Positions 28,295 through 38,266 are shown, counted from the first letter of the stretch. The stretch is 64,000 nt of DNA from an uncultured delta proteobacterium (GCA_963810935.1 CAWEPK010000007.1:128001-192000), one strand, 5' to 3'. Numbers and translations: made by a program. The notes: generated from the letters alone by a model not told the origin.

Positions 28295-29824
28295 ATGGAT
28301 AAGTTCGAATGGTGGACGGAAGAACAAAAGAAGTTTGCCGATGAAGTGGAAGAATTCGCGGCAAGCATCCTGCCCAGAGACGCAGAGACGCGCTGGACGA
28401 GGGAGTTCCCCTGGGACGTTTTCAGGAAGATAGGCGAGAAGCACTACACGGGCGCGGCAATCCCGAAAGAGTACGGCGGCCTCGGCCTCGGGTGTACGGG
28501 GGCCTGCATCCTGACGGAAGCCCTCGGCGGGATGCCGGGTCTCATGAGGGTGGTGGGCGGCAACATGCTGGGCGGGCTCCATCAGGTTCTGAGCCACGGC
28601 ACGGAGGAGCAGAAAAAGAAGATACTGCCGCGCATCGTCAACGGCGAGATAGGGGCCATCGTCATCACGGAGCCCGTCGTCGGCACGGACGCGGCCAACA
28701 TATCGGCCGAGGCAAAGCTCAAGGGCGGCGCGTATATCCTTAACGGCAAGAAGAGGTTCATAGTGGCTGCGGGCCTCGCAACGCGCTACATGCTCTATGC
28801 GCGGACGAGCGACGACCCGGAAGACATAAAGAAGCACCGCCACCTTACGGCCTTCATCCTCGAGAAGGGCGCGAAGGGCTTCACGGTTGAGAAGATCAAC
28901 GAGCTTATCGGCTTCAGCAACATCCAGAACGGCGTCCTCAATTTCGAGGACGTGGAGATACCCGTCGGGAACAGGATAGGCAAGGAAGGCGAGGGATGGG
29001 CCGTCATGACCAGCGGCCTCAATTTCGAGCGGACGATCATCTCCGCCCAGGCGATGGGCTGGCTCGGCGATCTTTTGAAGAACGCCGTCCCCTATACGCA
29101 GAGGAGGGTCCAGTTCGGCCGTCCCACAATCGATATACCCACGAACCAGTTCAAGATCGCCGACCTGGTCCTGAAGAAAAAGGCGGCGCGGCTCTTCACC
29201 TATCACACTGCCTACCAGTGGGACCTCGGCAAAGACATCACGATAGATTCCAACCTCATTAAGGTGTTCAACCTCGAATGCGCGATGCAGGCGAGCATCG
29301 ATGCGATCCAGCTCGTCGGCGGGGACGGCACCACCATGTTCTACCCGTTCGAGGAGGTCATGAAGGTCGCGAAGGTCGACTCGATCTCCGGCGGTAGCAT
29401 GGAGGCGTGCAGGATGGTCATTTTCCGCACTGCCATGAAGCAGCTCGGCGACCAGATATCCTGGCGGCGCCGGGTGCCTCATCCCAAGCTGGGCGTGCCC
29501 GTGCCCGTGTACGGGGAGACGCCGAAAGAGAAGAACGTGGACGAGGACAAGCTCCTCAAGTTCCTCGCTGAAGACTACAGGGTCAACCCCGGCCTCTATA
29601 TGACGAGGGAAGATATGAAGGTCGGCTTCGAGATGGACGACGCGAAGCTAGACGCGCTGCTCGTTTCTCTGGAGGCGAAGGGCCTGGTCTGGCTCAACAG
29701 GACGAAGAAAGGGATCGAGCTGGCGAAGGCGTCGTACAAGGGCTTGCGCGAGGCATTTCCGAAGGAGCATTACCGCTGGTATCCGGAGTGGATCGATAGA
29801 GGAGAGCAGGAGAGGATTTTCTAA
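28295..29824 (+). CDS. Acyl-CoA dehydrogenase with ~120-aa C-terminal extension
   Basis: PKEYGGLG, ITEPVVGTD, LNGKKRFI, GLNFER, RVQFGRP, AIQLVGG.G; 509 aa against ~380-400 for the typical core. Confidence 0.92.
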   Translation: MDKFEWWTEEQKKFADEVEEFAASILPRDAETRWTREFPWDVFRKIGEKHYTGAAIPKEYGGLGLGCTGACILTEALGGMPGLMRVVGGNMLGGLHQVLSHGTEEQKKKILPRIVNGEIGAIVITEPVVGTDAANISAEAKLKGGAYILNGKKRFIVAAGLATRYMLYARTSDDPEDIKKHRHLTAFILEKGAKGFTVEKINELIGFSNIQNGVLNFEDVEIPVGNRIGKEGEGWAVMTSGLNFERTIISAQAMGWLGDLLKNAVPYTQRRVQFGRPTIDIPTNQFKIADLVLKKKAARLFTYHTAYQWDLGKDITIDSNLIKVFNLECAMQASIDAIQLVGGDGTTMFYPFEEVMKVAKVDSISGGSMEACRMVIFRTAMKQLGDQISWRRRVPHPKLGVPVPVYGETPKEKNVDEDKLLKFLAEDYRVNPGLYMTREDMKVGFEMDDAKLDALLVSLEAKGLVWLNRTKKGIELAKASYKGLREAFPKEHYRWYPEWIDRGEQERIF

Positions 29825-29865
29825 CGCCGGCAGGGGCAAGGCGGCGAGAACAGAAGGAGAAGGTT

Positions 29866-31491
29866 ATGGCTAAGATCATCACGGCAGAAGAAGCGGCACA
29901 GCTCATTAAGGATGGGGACGTCCTGGCTGCCGCCACATTCGGCCTGGCCGGCTGGGCGGAAGAAGTCGCCTATGCCGTCCGCGACCGGTATGTGAAAGAA
30001 GGCCATCCCAAGGGCATTACCTTCGTCCACGCAGCGGGCGTGGGTGACTGGAAGAGCCGGGGAGGCGGCATATGGGCCGAGGAGGGCACCGAGGGTCTCG
30101 TGAGAAAGGTAGTCTCCTCGCACGTAGGCTCGGAGCCGCAAATGTCGAAGGCGATCCAGGAAAACAAGATGGAGTGCTATTTCTGGCCCCTGGGCGTCAT
30201 GACCCAGTGGTATACGGAGGTGGCGAGGCACTCGCCGGGCCAGTTGAGCAAGACGGGCCTCGGTACGTTCATCGACCCCCGTCTGGAAGGCGGCAAGGTC
30301 AACAAGATAAGCAAGGAAGACCTGATAAAGCTGGTCGAGTTCGAGGGCGAGGAATGGCTCCTTTACAAGTCGTTCCCCATGACCGTCGCTCTGTTGCGCG
30401 GCACGACCGCGGACGAAAAAGGCAACGTAACCTTCGAGAAAGAGGCGATCGCGCTGGAGGCGCTGCCCATCGCGCAGGCCGTCAGGGCGTCCGGAGGCAT
30501 AGTCATCGTACAGGTGGAGAACCTGGCGAAGGCGGGCACGCTGCACCCGCAGCGCGTGAAGGTGCCGGGCGTAATGGTCGATTACGTCGTCGTGGCAAAG
30601 AAGCCGCAGATGCAGACCATGGGCACCCAGTTCAAGCCGGCGCTGGCCGGAGACATAAAGGTGCCCGAGACGACGATAGCGCCCCTGCCGTTCGACGAGC
30701 GCAAGTTCATCGCCCGCAGGGCGGCAGAGGAGCTTATGGAAGGCCCGGTCAACCTTGGCATAGGTATACCTCAGGGTATCGCCAACATCGTCGCCGAGGA
30801 GAAATGCGGCGACAAGCTGACGCTCATATCCGAGTCGGGCAACATAGGCGGCATACCGGGCGCGACGATAGAGTTCGGCGCGCATTACAACGGCGAGGCC
30901 ATGGTGCAGCAGGACCAGCATTTTACCTGGTTTGACGGAGGTGGTCTTACGATGGCCTTTACCGGCCTTGCCCAGACGGACGACCGGGGCAACATAAACG
31001 CCGGCAAATTCGGCGACAAGCCGATGGGCCCCGGCGGATTTATAAACACCACCCAGCACGCGAAGAAGGTCGTCTTCTGCGGCACCTTCACGGCCGGCGG
31101 GCTCGAAGTCAAGGCGCAGGACGGAAAGCTGGTTATCGTGAAGGAAGGGAAGACCAAGAAGTTCCTGAAACAGGTCGAGCAGATCGCCTTCAGCGGCGAC
31201 TATGCGTGGAAGGTGGGCCAGAAGGCCGTCTATGTGACGGAGCGCGCAGTCTTCGAGCTGACGAAGGAAGGCCTGATGCTGACCGAGGTAGCCCCCGGTG
31301 TCGACCTGGAGAGGGACGTGTTGGCGCACATGGAGTTCAAACCCGTCATCTCGCCCGACCTCAAGAAAATGAGAGAGGGCATCTTCAAGCCCGTATGGGG
31401 AGAGCTGAAGGGGATCCTTGATGGGAATAAGACCGATACGATCGATTCCAAAAATGTGAGGGTTTTGAGGAGGACGAAAGATGGCGACTAA
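29866..31491 (+). CDS. Family I acyl-CoA:carboxylate CoA-transferase (YdiF/Pct type, fused alpha-beta)
   Basis: GLGTFIDPR, GTTADEKGN, VNLGIGIP, catalytic ESG, GPGGFIN, VTERAVF, EVAPGVDLERD. Confidence 0.93.
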   Translation: MAKIITAEEAAQLIKDGDVLAAATFGLAGWAEEVAYAVRDRYVKEGHPKGITFVHAAGVGDWKSRGGGIWAEEGTEGLVRKVVSSHVGSEPQMSKAIQENKMECYFWPLGVMTQWYTEVARHSPGQLSKTGLGTFIDPRLEGGKVNKISKEDLIKLVEFEGEEWLLYKSFPMTVALLRGTTADEKGNVTFEKEAIALEALPIAQAVRASGGIVIVQVENLAKAGTLHPQRVKVPGVMVDYVVVAKKPQMQTMGTQFKPALAGDIKVPETTIAPLPFDERKFIARRAAEELMEGPVNLGIGIPQGIANIVAEEKCGDKLTLISESGNIGGIPGATIEFGAHYNGEAMVQQDQHFTWFDGGGLTMAFTGLAQTDDRGNINAGKFGDKPMGPGGFINTTQHAKKVVFCGTFTAGGLEVKAQDGKLVIVKEGKTKKFLKQVEQIAFSGDYAWKVGQKAVYVTERAVFELTKEGLMLTEVAPGVDLERDVLAHMEFKPVISPDLKKMREGIFKPVWGELKGILDGNKTDTIDSKNVRVLRRTKDGD

Positions 31492-32854
31492 ACAAGTAAA
31501 CGTAAGAAGTATTTTCGACACCGGCCAATTTACCGGCTACCAGTCCATGGTTTGTTTCCTGTGCTTCCTGGTCACATTCCTGGACGGCTTCGACCTGACG
31601 ATGATCGGCGTGACCCTGCCGAAGATGGCCGAGACTCTCGGCGTGAAGCCCGGCGCTCTGGGCCTTGCGCTTTCAGCGGGTATGTTCGGCCCGATACTGG
31701 GCGCAATCGTGCTCGGCATGCTCGCCGACCGTTTCGGGCGCAAGTGGATGCTGGTTATCTCCGCGATGTTTTTCGGGATTTTCACGTTCATGATCGCTTA
31801 TATCCACAGCCCCCAGGAGATGGCCCTGTACCGCTTCCTGGCAGGTATCGGCCTCGGCGGGGCAGTGCCTAACGCCCTGGCATTCGGTTCCGAGTTTGCG
31901 CCGAGCAACAAGCGCGCGAGCATCATAACCACGATGTACGCGGGTATGCCCGGAGGGTCCGTAGCGGCCGCCATTGCAGCGATATGGCTGATCCCCAACT
32001 ACGGGTGGCAGTCACTCTACATGATAGGCGGCGCAGTGCCGGTCCTGATCGCTATCCTGACGGCAATTGCCCTGCCCGAGTCGGTTGAGTTCATGGTGAA
32101 ACAGGGAAGGCCGAAAGACAAGACGCGGATCCTTGACATCGTCCGCAAGATAACCCCGGCCCTGGCGGCAGACAAGGAGGTCGAGTTCATCTCTACGGAG
32201 AGGAAGACGCCCGGCGTGCCCGTCAAGTACCTCTTCAAGAACGGGCGGGCAATGGTTACCATTTTTCTGTGGATCGCCATGATCGGCAGCCTCTATTCAA
32301 TGTGGGTCCTTACCACCTGGGCGCCTGCTCTTATGAAAAAAAGCGGCGCATCCGTACAGCAGTACAGCATGGCCATCGCGGGCCTGCACTTCGGCGCTTT
32401 CCTCGCCACGATCTTCATAGGCCGCGTGATGGACAAGCTCAATCCATTCTATGCGCTGGCGGTCGGCTTCACGCTGTCCTGCTTTAGCCTCGCGGCCTTC
32501 GGCCAGGTGGCGGGCGCCTCGTTCGGCATCGTCTTCATGATGGCCTTCCTGTCCGGCGTCTTGAATAACGGCAGCAACAACGGGTTCGTCGCTGTGCCGG
32601 GCATATTCTATCCCGTCTCGATCAGGGGTACCGGCATCGGCTGGGCCTACGCCGTCGGCAAGGTGGGCGCCATGCTCGCCCCGTTGGTCGGCGGTCTCCT
32701 CCTGGGCATGAACTGGAGCATCGCGAAGATATGCGGTGTCCAGGCCCTGGTGCCGCTGCTGGTTGCAATGCTGATGCTGGTCCTGCACGGGTTCGTCAAG
32801 ACTGCGCACAGTGTGGAGGAAGCCGAGAATAAGGCAGAGGTAACTGCAGCATAA
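31481..32854 (+). CDS. MFS transporter, aromatic acid:H+ symporter (BenK/PcaK-like)
   Basis: LDGFD in TM1, LADRFGRK, RFLAGIGLGG..PN, LPES, YP..IRGTGIGWA..VG. Confidence 0.9.
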   Translation: MATKQVNVRSIFDTGQFTGYQSMVCFLCFLVTFLDGFDLTMIGVTLPKMAETLGVKPGALGLALSAGMFGPILGAIVLGMLADRFGRKWMLVISAMFFGIFTFMIAYIHSPQEMALYRFLAGIGLGGAVPNALAFGSEFAPSNKRASIITTMYAGMPGGSVAAAIAAIWLIPNYGWQSLYMIGGAVPVLIAILTAIALPESVEFMVKQGRPKDKTRILDIVRKITPALAADKEVEFISTERKTPGVPVKYLFKNGRAMVTIFLWIAMIGSLYSMWVLTTWAPALMKKSGASVQQYSMAIAGLHFGAFLATIFIGRVMDKLNPFYALAVGFTLSCFSLAAFGQVAGASFGIVFMMAFLSGVLNNGSNNGFVAVPGIFYPVSIRGTGIGWAYAVGKVGAMLAPLVGGLLLGMNWSIAKICGVQALVPLLVAMLMLVLHGFVKTAHSVEEAENKAEVTAA

Positions 32855-32872
32855 AACAGCTAACGTCTTCAC

Positions 32873-32910
32873 GAAAAGGCCCGGACCCAAAAGGTCCGGG
32901 CCTTTTCTTT
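32873..32910 (+). terminator. Rho-independent terminator
   Basis: GAAAAGGCCCGGACC-CAAAA-GGTCCGGGCCTTTTC followed by TTT, right after the MFS stop. Confidence 0.9.
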
Positions 32911-33200
32911 ATATAGCCGCGCGTAATCTTCAATGGCCATCCTCGCTTTGCGCCCGTGATTTACTTCCTGCAGTCCGCAACTCAGCACTTCTCGTTGGGC
33001 TGCTTCATTTCAACCGGCAATTGTTAGTGGGAGGCCGAATCCCTGTTTCTGAATAAAGTCATAATGCGAACGTTTGCTTTGTAGAATTCGCTTGACACCT
33101 GCCGGTTTTTACGCAAAAATCATGAAAAATAAAATCTTCCCCGGTATCTTAAGTCTCCTTGGGGTAAGCAGCGCAGCCGTGCCGGGGATGGGGGAATTAA

Positions 33201-33743
33201 ATGAGCAAACGGGATATATGGTACAGGCCGATCAGTATGCTGCTTGTCGCTGTTGCCGTTTTACCCGGCCTCATAACCTTTGTCGAATGGGGCACCCAAT
33301 CCACGGCTTATGCCGAGCGGGTCGTGACGGCGCCCGAGCTTTCGGCTGATAAAGGCGGCGCCCTGCAGAAAGAGGCGGTGAGCCTCTCAAGCTCTCAGAT
33401 TGAGGCGTGGCGCGCCCTGGCGGTAAAGCCCGCCCTTCCCGAAGAAGTCCAGCGATATTGGGTGGCGGCCGAGGATGCTCTCGAGAATAAGGCTTTTCAG
33501 AAGGCGGCCGGCTATTACGGAAAAGGCCTGGAGATCGAGCCTCTCTGGCCCCAGGGACAGTACATGGCCGCCATAATCGAGGGTGAATTGCATCAGTACG
33601 TGAGGGCTGCCGTCCATATGAAGAATTACCTCGCGCTTGTCCCGGACGTCAAGAACGCCAAAGCTCTACGGGATAAGATGTACCTGTGGGAAGTAAAGGC
33701 GGGAGAGGCTCCGTCGCGGCCGGCGACATCATTAAGGAAGTAA
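33201..33743 (+). CDS. Exported TPR-like protein, paralogue 1
   Basis: N-terminal hydrophobic segment; TPR-like A..YY.KGLEIEPLWPQGQY.AA and A...MK.YL.L.PD patterns. Confidence 0.75.
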   Translation: MSKRDIWYRPISMLLVAVAVLPGLITFVEWGTQSTAYAERVVTAPELSADKGGALQKEAVSLSSSQIEAWRALAVKPALPEEVQRYWVAAEDALENKAFQKAAGYYGKGLEIEPLWPQGQYMAAIIEGELHQYVRAAVHMKNYLALVPDVKNAKALRDKMYLWEVKAGEAPSRPATSLRK

Positions 33744-34329
33744 GTCGCCAGCCTATCGGGAACCTTTTGCAGCGGGGCGCACCATACCACGGATAGGTGA
33801 GCGATGGGAGGGCCCAGATGAATAAACAATTACTTGTCCTGGCGGCAGCGTTTGTCCTTGTGTGTGCCGTCGCTCCGGCCGTGCGTTCGATGGCGGCGGC
33901 TCCTGGCCCGCCGACGGTAACGGTGACGGCGCCCGAGCTTTCGGCTGATAAAGGCGGTGCCCTGCAGAAAGAGGCGGTGAGCCTCTCAAGCTCTCAGATT
34001 GAGGCGTGGCGCGCCCTGGCGGTAAAGCCCGCCCTTCCCGAAGAAGTCCAGCGATATTGGGTGGCGGCCGAGGATGCTCTCGAGAATAAGGCTTTTCAGA
34101 AGGCGGCCGGCTATTACGGAAAAGGCCTGGAGATCGAGCCTCTCTGGCCCCAGGGACAGTACATGGCCGCCATAATCGAGGGTGAATTGCATCAGTACGT
34201 GAGGGCTGCCGTCCATATGAAGAATTACCTCGCGCTTGTCCCGGACGTCAAGAACGCCAAAGCTCTACGGGATAAGATGTACCTGTGGGAAGTAAAGGCG
34301 GGAGAGGCTCCGTCGCGGCCGGCGACATC
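33324..34329 (+). repeat. 407-bp direct repeat (33324-33730 and 33923-34329)
   Basis: Line-by-line comparison found one difference (C33359/T33958, synonymous Gly); period 599 bp. Confidence 0.95.
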
Positions 34330-34342
34330 TGGGGTCCCTTGA
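33818..34342 (+). CDS. Exported TPR-like protein, paralogue 2
   Basis: GGGAGG RBS; Sec signal MNKQLLVLAAAFVLVCAVAPAVRSMA; mature domain identical to paralogue 1. Confidence 0.78.
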   Translation: MNKQLLVLAAAFVLVCAVAPAVRSMAAAPGPPTVTVTAPELSADKGGALQKEAVSLSSSQIEAWRALAVKPALPEEVQRYWVAAEDALENKAFQKAAGYYGKGLEIEPLWPQGQYMAAIIEGELHQYVRAAVHMKNYLALVPDVKNAKALRDKMYLWEVKAGEAPSRPATSGVP

Positions 34343-34465
34343 ACTGAGACATTTATCTCGCGGCCGCGCTAAAATCCGGAAAAGGCAAAGGGTGTTGTCA
34401 AAGCCGCAAGTAAAACCGGCAGGGAAACCGACAAGGAAGAATAGACTATTGGAAGGAGCACGCCG

Positions 34466-35935
34466 ATGAGGAATCATCTTCTGATTCTGGCTGTTGCGTT
34501 CATTATATGCGGCCTCAATGTGTTTTTTGTTTCCCCGGTCCAGGCGCAGGGAGGGTGTGCAGCCGCACCATGCGACTGCACGAGTGTCGGGGGCAGCTTC
34601 CACTCTCCTGAAGCTAAGTGGTGTAATTACCAGCTCTGCTATAACCAATGCATGAGTGAGAGGCGTGGGGGCGGTACCGGGGCCGGCGCAGCCGGCGGGC
34701 TCTCCCAGCCCTTCTTCAACCTTGGAAACGCCATCGGACAGGCGATCGGCAGGGCGATAGTTGGCGACCCGGCAGAGGAGGCCGCCAGGCGGGCAGAGGC
34801 GGAGGCGAGGGCGAGGCAGGCCGAAGAAGCGCGCCAGAGGGCGGAGGAGGAGGCCCGCAGACGAGCGGAGGAGGAGGCCCGCAAGAGACAGGAGACGTTC
34901 GACCGCATACTCGCACAGGCCCAGCTTTCCGAGGGGTTTGCCTCAAGGGAGGACGCTCTCCCGGTAATGCTCAAGGACGACGGCCTTCGGCCGCAGGGTG
35001 CGTCCTTTTTCGGCCTCGGCGGAGGCGCGGGCGGCTCGACCGCCGGTGCGGCCGGTAATGACAACGCCAGAAGATCCCAGGGCTATTCTGCGACTGCGGC
35101 AGCCCCCGCGTCGGTCGGCGGCCTGCCCGTTATGCTCCGCGACTCCAACGTCGTCGACCTGAGCGACAAGAAACCTCCTTATGTGGTCGACCCCAATACC
35201 GTGAAGGGGGGTGCAGGGCCACCCCCGGTGCAGACCGCCTCGGCCAAGCCTGCCGCCCCGGCAGCACCCGCGCCCTCATCGGGAGACGAGTTTCTCTTCG
35301 GCGTCAAGGGTACCTTCCCGAAGCACCCCGGCCAGCCGCTCTTAAATCCCCTGATCGAGCTTCCTAAAGGGGAGAGCCTGCCGACAAAAGGCGAGACGGG
35401 TGATGCCTTTTTCGCCCGCCTCAACCAAACAAAGCTCGGCCGGCAGATAGCCGAGGAGGAGTATCAGGAAGTGCTTTTCCATCTCGATACCGATAAGCCC
35501 TACCCGAGAGGGCAGAGCCCCGTGGTCGACAGGATTATAGATCAAAGCATCAAAAAGATCGTGGACAGGGAAACGAAGGCCATCCGTGAGGCATGCAGAA
35601 AAGCGGCTGCCGACATGAACGCCCAATTCGCGGAGATGGAAAAGAAAGGGATCATCAAGCCCGGCGACAACCTGGCTGAAAAAGAGAAGACGGACGTAGT
35701 CTATGATAACGAGCTCATGACCGCCCGCCACAGGATTTACGGACAGCTTGAAAACGACATACGCTCGGCAAAGGTCAGGTCTGAGAACAATCTATGGGTA
35801 GTCAAACGGTTCGCCGATCACGTGCAGGACCCCCCGTTCATGGGCGGGCCTACTGCAACGGCATTGAAGGACCCGAAGCAGATGAAGGACCTGCTCGGTA
35901 AATATATGACGTATTATTCCGGTGATCTAAAATAG
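34466..35935 (+). CDS. Secreted hypothetical protein (Cys-rich N-terminus, coiled coil, helical C-terminus)
   Basis: AAGGAG RBS; signal peptide ending VQA-Q; six Cys in the first ~40 mature residues; EEARR repeats. Confidence 0.75.
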   Translation: MRNHLLILAVAFIICGLNVFFVSPVQAQGGCAAAPCDCTSVGGSFHSPEAKWCNYQLCYNQCMSERRGGGTGAGAAGGLSQPFFNLGNAIGQAIGRAIVGDPAEEAARRAEAEARARQAEEARQRAEEEARRRAEEEARKRQETFDRILAQAQLSEGFASREDALPVMLKDDGLRPQGASFFGLGGGAGGSTAGAAGNDNARRSQGYSATAAAPASVGGLPVMLRDSNVVDLSDKKPPYVVDPNTVKGGAGPPPVQTASAKPAAPAAPAPSSGDEFLFGVKGTFPKHPGQPLLNPLIELPKGESLPTKGETGDAFFARLNQTKLGRQIAEEEYQEVLFHLDTDKPYPRGQSPVVDRIIDQSIKKIVDRETKAIREACRKAAADMNAQFAEMEKKGIIKPGDNLAEKEKTDVVYDNELMTARHRIYGQLENDIRSAKVRSENNLWVVKRFADHVQDPPFMGGPTATALKDPKQMKDLLGKYMTYYSGDLK

Positions 35936-36301
35936 GCCGGGCAGCGTGAGCGGTTTGCACCCTTCGCCTATTGCACTGAGGCGTTTCTTTCTTCCGGTTA
36001 TCTTCATGATGGGGTTAGGGTGCCGTTTCTATCCCTCGTAGGTACCGGCTTTGGCTGACAGGCTTGAGCCGGAGTTCGACGTTTCGACCACTGCACCGCC
36101 TCGATCGGCACGTTGTTTTTCTCTCCAACCCCGGTTGTGTCTTATGGCGTATTTACAAAATGAAGCCGGCCGGGGCCATTCTTATACTACTCTTGATGAT
36201 TATGCCTCAATCGTATATTGCCCGCCCCTTGCACCGCAAAAGCGATTGGCTTAGGTTTTCGCTATAGCCCGGCCTGTTCTGTCGGGCCGCGCGCGAGGCC
36301 G

Positions 36302-36697
36302 ATGATGTCTACGTCGATCAGGGTCTATAAAATAAAAGAATTCATCCGGGTCGATAAGCAGGGCGTCCTCGACGCGGAGCGCTCAAAAGAATTGATTCGC
36401 CGGCTCTCCGCCACCGCCTCGTTCAGTCCGGCTGAAAACATCCTGGTCGACCTGAGGCAGACGGTGGTCGCGGGCACGGACATGGCCGGCCTGCTCGACG
36501 TTGCCGCGGAGGTCGCCCGGTACGAATCGAGCTTTCGCGGCAGGGTCGCCGTTATCATACCGCCCGATGAAGCCAGGGTCGCACTGGCGCAGACATTCAA
36601 GGCGCTGGTAGATATCGAGGTCGGGCCGTCGCGCTACGAGGTATTCACACGTTTTGAAGACGCCGTCGATTGGCTTTCCGAAATAGAGGATATTTGA
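36302..36697 (+). CDS. STAS/SpoIIAA-like small protein
   Basis: ILVDLR...RVAVI....F...EDAVDWL pattern typical of SpoIIAA-like folds. Confidence 0.6.
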   Translation: MMSTSIRVYKIKEFIRVDKQGVLDAERSKELIRRLSATASFSPAENILVDLRQTVVAGTDMAGLLDVAAEVARYESSFRGRVAVIIPPDEARVALAQTFKALVDIEVGPSRYEVFTRFEDAVDWLSEIEDI

Positions 36698-36757
36698 AGG
36701 CGCAGACAGGGTGAGCGGCCATGGCCCTCCGCGCGATACGGCCCTGACGCGGCCGGT

Positions 36758-37693
36758 TTAGCAGCCGCAGGACGCCAGGCGGTCCTTGAACTCGTCCTCG
36801 GTGAAGCTGTACTCCTGCGTGCCGTAGCATTCGACCGCGAAGGAGGCGCAGACGCTGCCCATCCGGGCGCACGCCTCGATATCCATCCCCGCGATGAGGC
36901 CCGCGATCAACCCGCCCCTGTATGAGTCTCCGGCGCCTGTCGGGTCGAGTACCTGCCTTGCCCGCACGACCGGTATGGACAGCTCGCCTCCGGGCGCCAG
37001 CACCTTCGAGCCGAGGTCGCCCATGGTGACGACCAGCGCGCCGGCGCGCCCGATGAGGTCGGCCTTCGACAGGCCCGTCTGCTTCATTATCAGGTCCAGC
37101 TCGTAGTCGTTCGATATGAGGACGCGGCAGCCGGTGATTGCGTTTACCAGGTCCGGCCCGGCGAGCATCGGCAGCGACTGGCCGGGGTCGAAGATATAGT
37201 CTATGCCCCTCTCCCTGCAAAGGCCCGGGTAACGGATCATGTCCACCAGGTTGCCGGGGGAGATGATGACTATCGTCCGCGCAGGCTCCAGTCTGTCGAA
37301 ATCGAGGTCGGACGTATACTTCATAGCGCCGGGGTGGAAGCCGGTTATCTGGTTGTCGGCCTTGTCCGTCGTGATGTAGGCAGCGGCGGTAAACTCTTCT
37401 TCAATCACCTTTATGTGCGCCGTCGATATGCCGTTTTTTTCGAGCCACTGGAAGTAGCGGTGATGGTCGAAGCCGCCGACGGCCGCGGAGACGAGCGGCG
37501 TCTCGCCCATGAGCTTCAGGGAATAGGCTATGTTGCCCCCCGTGCCGCCGAATTTCTCCTTGACCCCGTCTACCTGAAAGCAGACGTTCAGGACGTGGAT
37601 CTTTTCGGGAAGGATGTGGTCGGAAAAGTATCCGGGGAAGTCCATGATCCTGTCGTAGGCCAGGGAGCCGGACACGACGATATTTTTTCTCAC
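36758..37693 (-). CDS. PfkB family carbohydrate/nucleoside kinase (adenosine kinase-like)
   Basis: VSGSLAYDRIM, FGGTGGNIAY, FDPGQ, NDYE, DPTGAGDSYRGG; GTG start at 37693. Confidence 0.92.
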   Translation of the reverse strand: MRKNIVVSGSLAYDRIMDFPGYFSDHILPEKIHVLNVCFQVDGVKEKFGGTGGNIAYSLKLMGETPLVSAAVGGFDHHRYFQWLEKNGISTAHIKVIEEEFTAAAYITTDKADNQITGFHPGAMKYTSDLDFDRLEPARTIVIISPGNLVDMIRYPGLCRERGIDYIFDPGQSLPMLAGPDLVNAITGCRVLISNDYELDLIMKQTGLSKADLIGRAGALVVTMGDLGSKVLAPGGELSIPVVRARQVLDPTGAGDSYRGGLIAGLIAGMDIEACARMGSVCASFAVECYGTQEYSFTEDEFKDRLASCGC

Positions 37694-38046
37694 TATAGCT
37701 CCATCAGTGCGTCGAAATCGCCTGCGGCCAGGCAGCGGAGCCACTCCTCCGGCCCGGCCTCCGTCGAAGGGAAGGGGGAGAGGACGGAATCATGGAAGGC
37801 GCGCCGGGCCCTCAGGGTGCAGACAGGCCAGCCGGGTACGCCGGGCGCAATGTGGCCGTTCTCGTTGACGCGGTATACCTCGAACTCCGTGACGCTGCAC
37901 GAGACCCTGTAGCTGACGCCTGCGCGGCTGACCTTGAGCGAGCGGTTGAGCCAGCCCCTGGACTCGAAAAGGGTGACGAGGCCGGTGAAGGTAGCATAGG
38001 TAGTTTTGCGTGCGCGGCCGGAACGTTTTGGCTTGGTTGTTGCCAT
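37693..38046 (-). CDS. Hypothetical protein
   Basis: ATG at 38046; stop overlaps the kinase start (translational coupling). Confidence 0.55.
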   Translation of the reverse strand: MATTKPKRSGRARKTTYATFTGLVTLFESRGWLNRSLKVSRAGVSYRVSCSVTEFEVYRVNENGHIAPGVPGWPVCTLRARRAFHDSVLSPFPSTEAGPEEWLRCLAAGDFDALMEL

Positions 38047-38181
38047 TGTAAAACCTATACCCGTTACATCGGTAAAAATAGATGTAACGGGCGCAAAAGT
38101 CAAGCAATATTTAAAAGCAAAAAGGTTGACATGATAAGGCTATTTTGGTAACGTTTACATATAGACGCCCGGGTAAATTAC

Positions 38182-38255
38182 TGGGGGATCGTTCAATGGC
38201 AGGACAATGGACTCTGACTCCATGAATGGGGGTTCGACCCCCTCTCCCCCAGCCA
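38182..38255 (+). tRNA. tRNA-Gln (anticodon CTG)
   Basis: TGGGGGA/TCCCCCA acceptor stem, anticodon arm ATGGA-CTCTGAC-TCCAT, GGTTCGA T-loop, encoded CCA; 74 nt. Confidence 0.96.
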
Positions 38256-38266
38256 GATAAGACAGC

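Noticed and set aside
27673..28368. 231-aa minus-strand ORF across the divergent promoter region
   Set aside because: Atypical composition, overlaps the operator array and the start of the acyl-CoA dehydrogenase; treated as non-coding.
33324..34329. Diversity-generating retroelement TR/VR pair
   Set aside because: The only difference is C/T at a silent site, not adenine-specific; both copies are coding; no reverse transcriptase in the window.
34343..34465. c-di-GMP-I riboswitch (GGCAAA...GAAA-like words)
   Set aside because: The required P1/P2 pairing and GACGCAAAGC core are not present.
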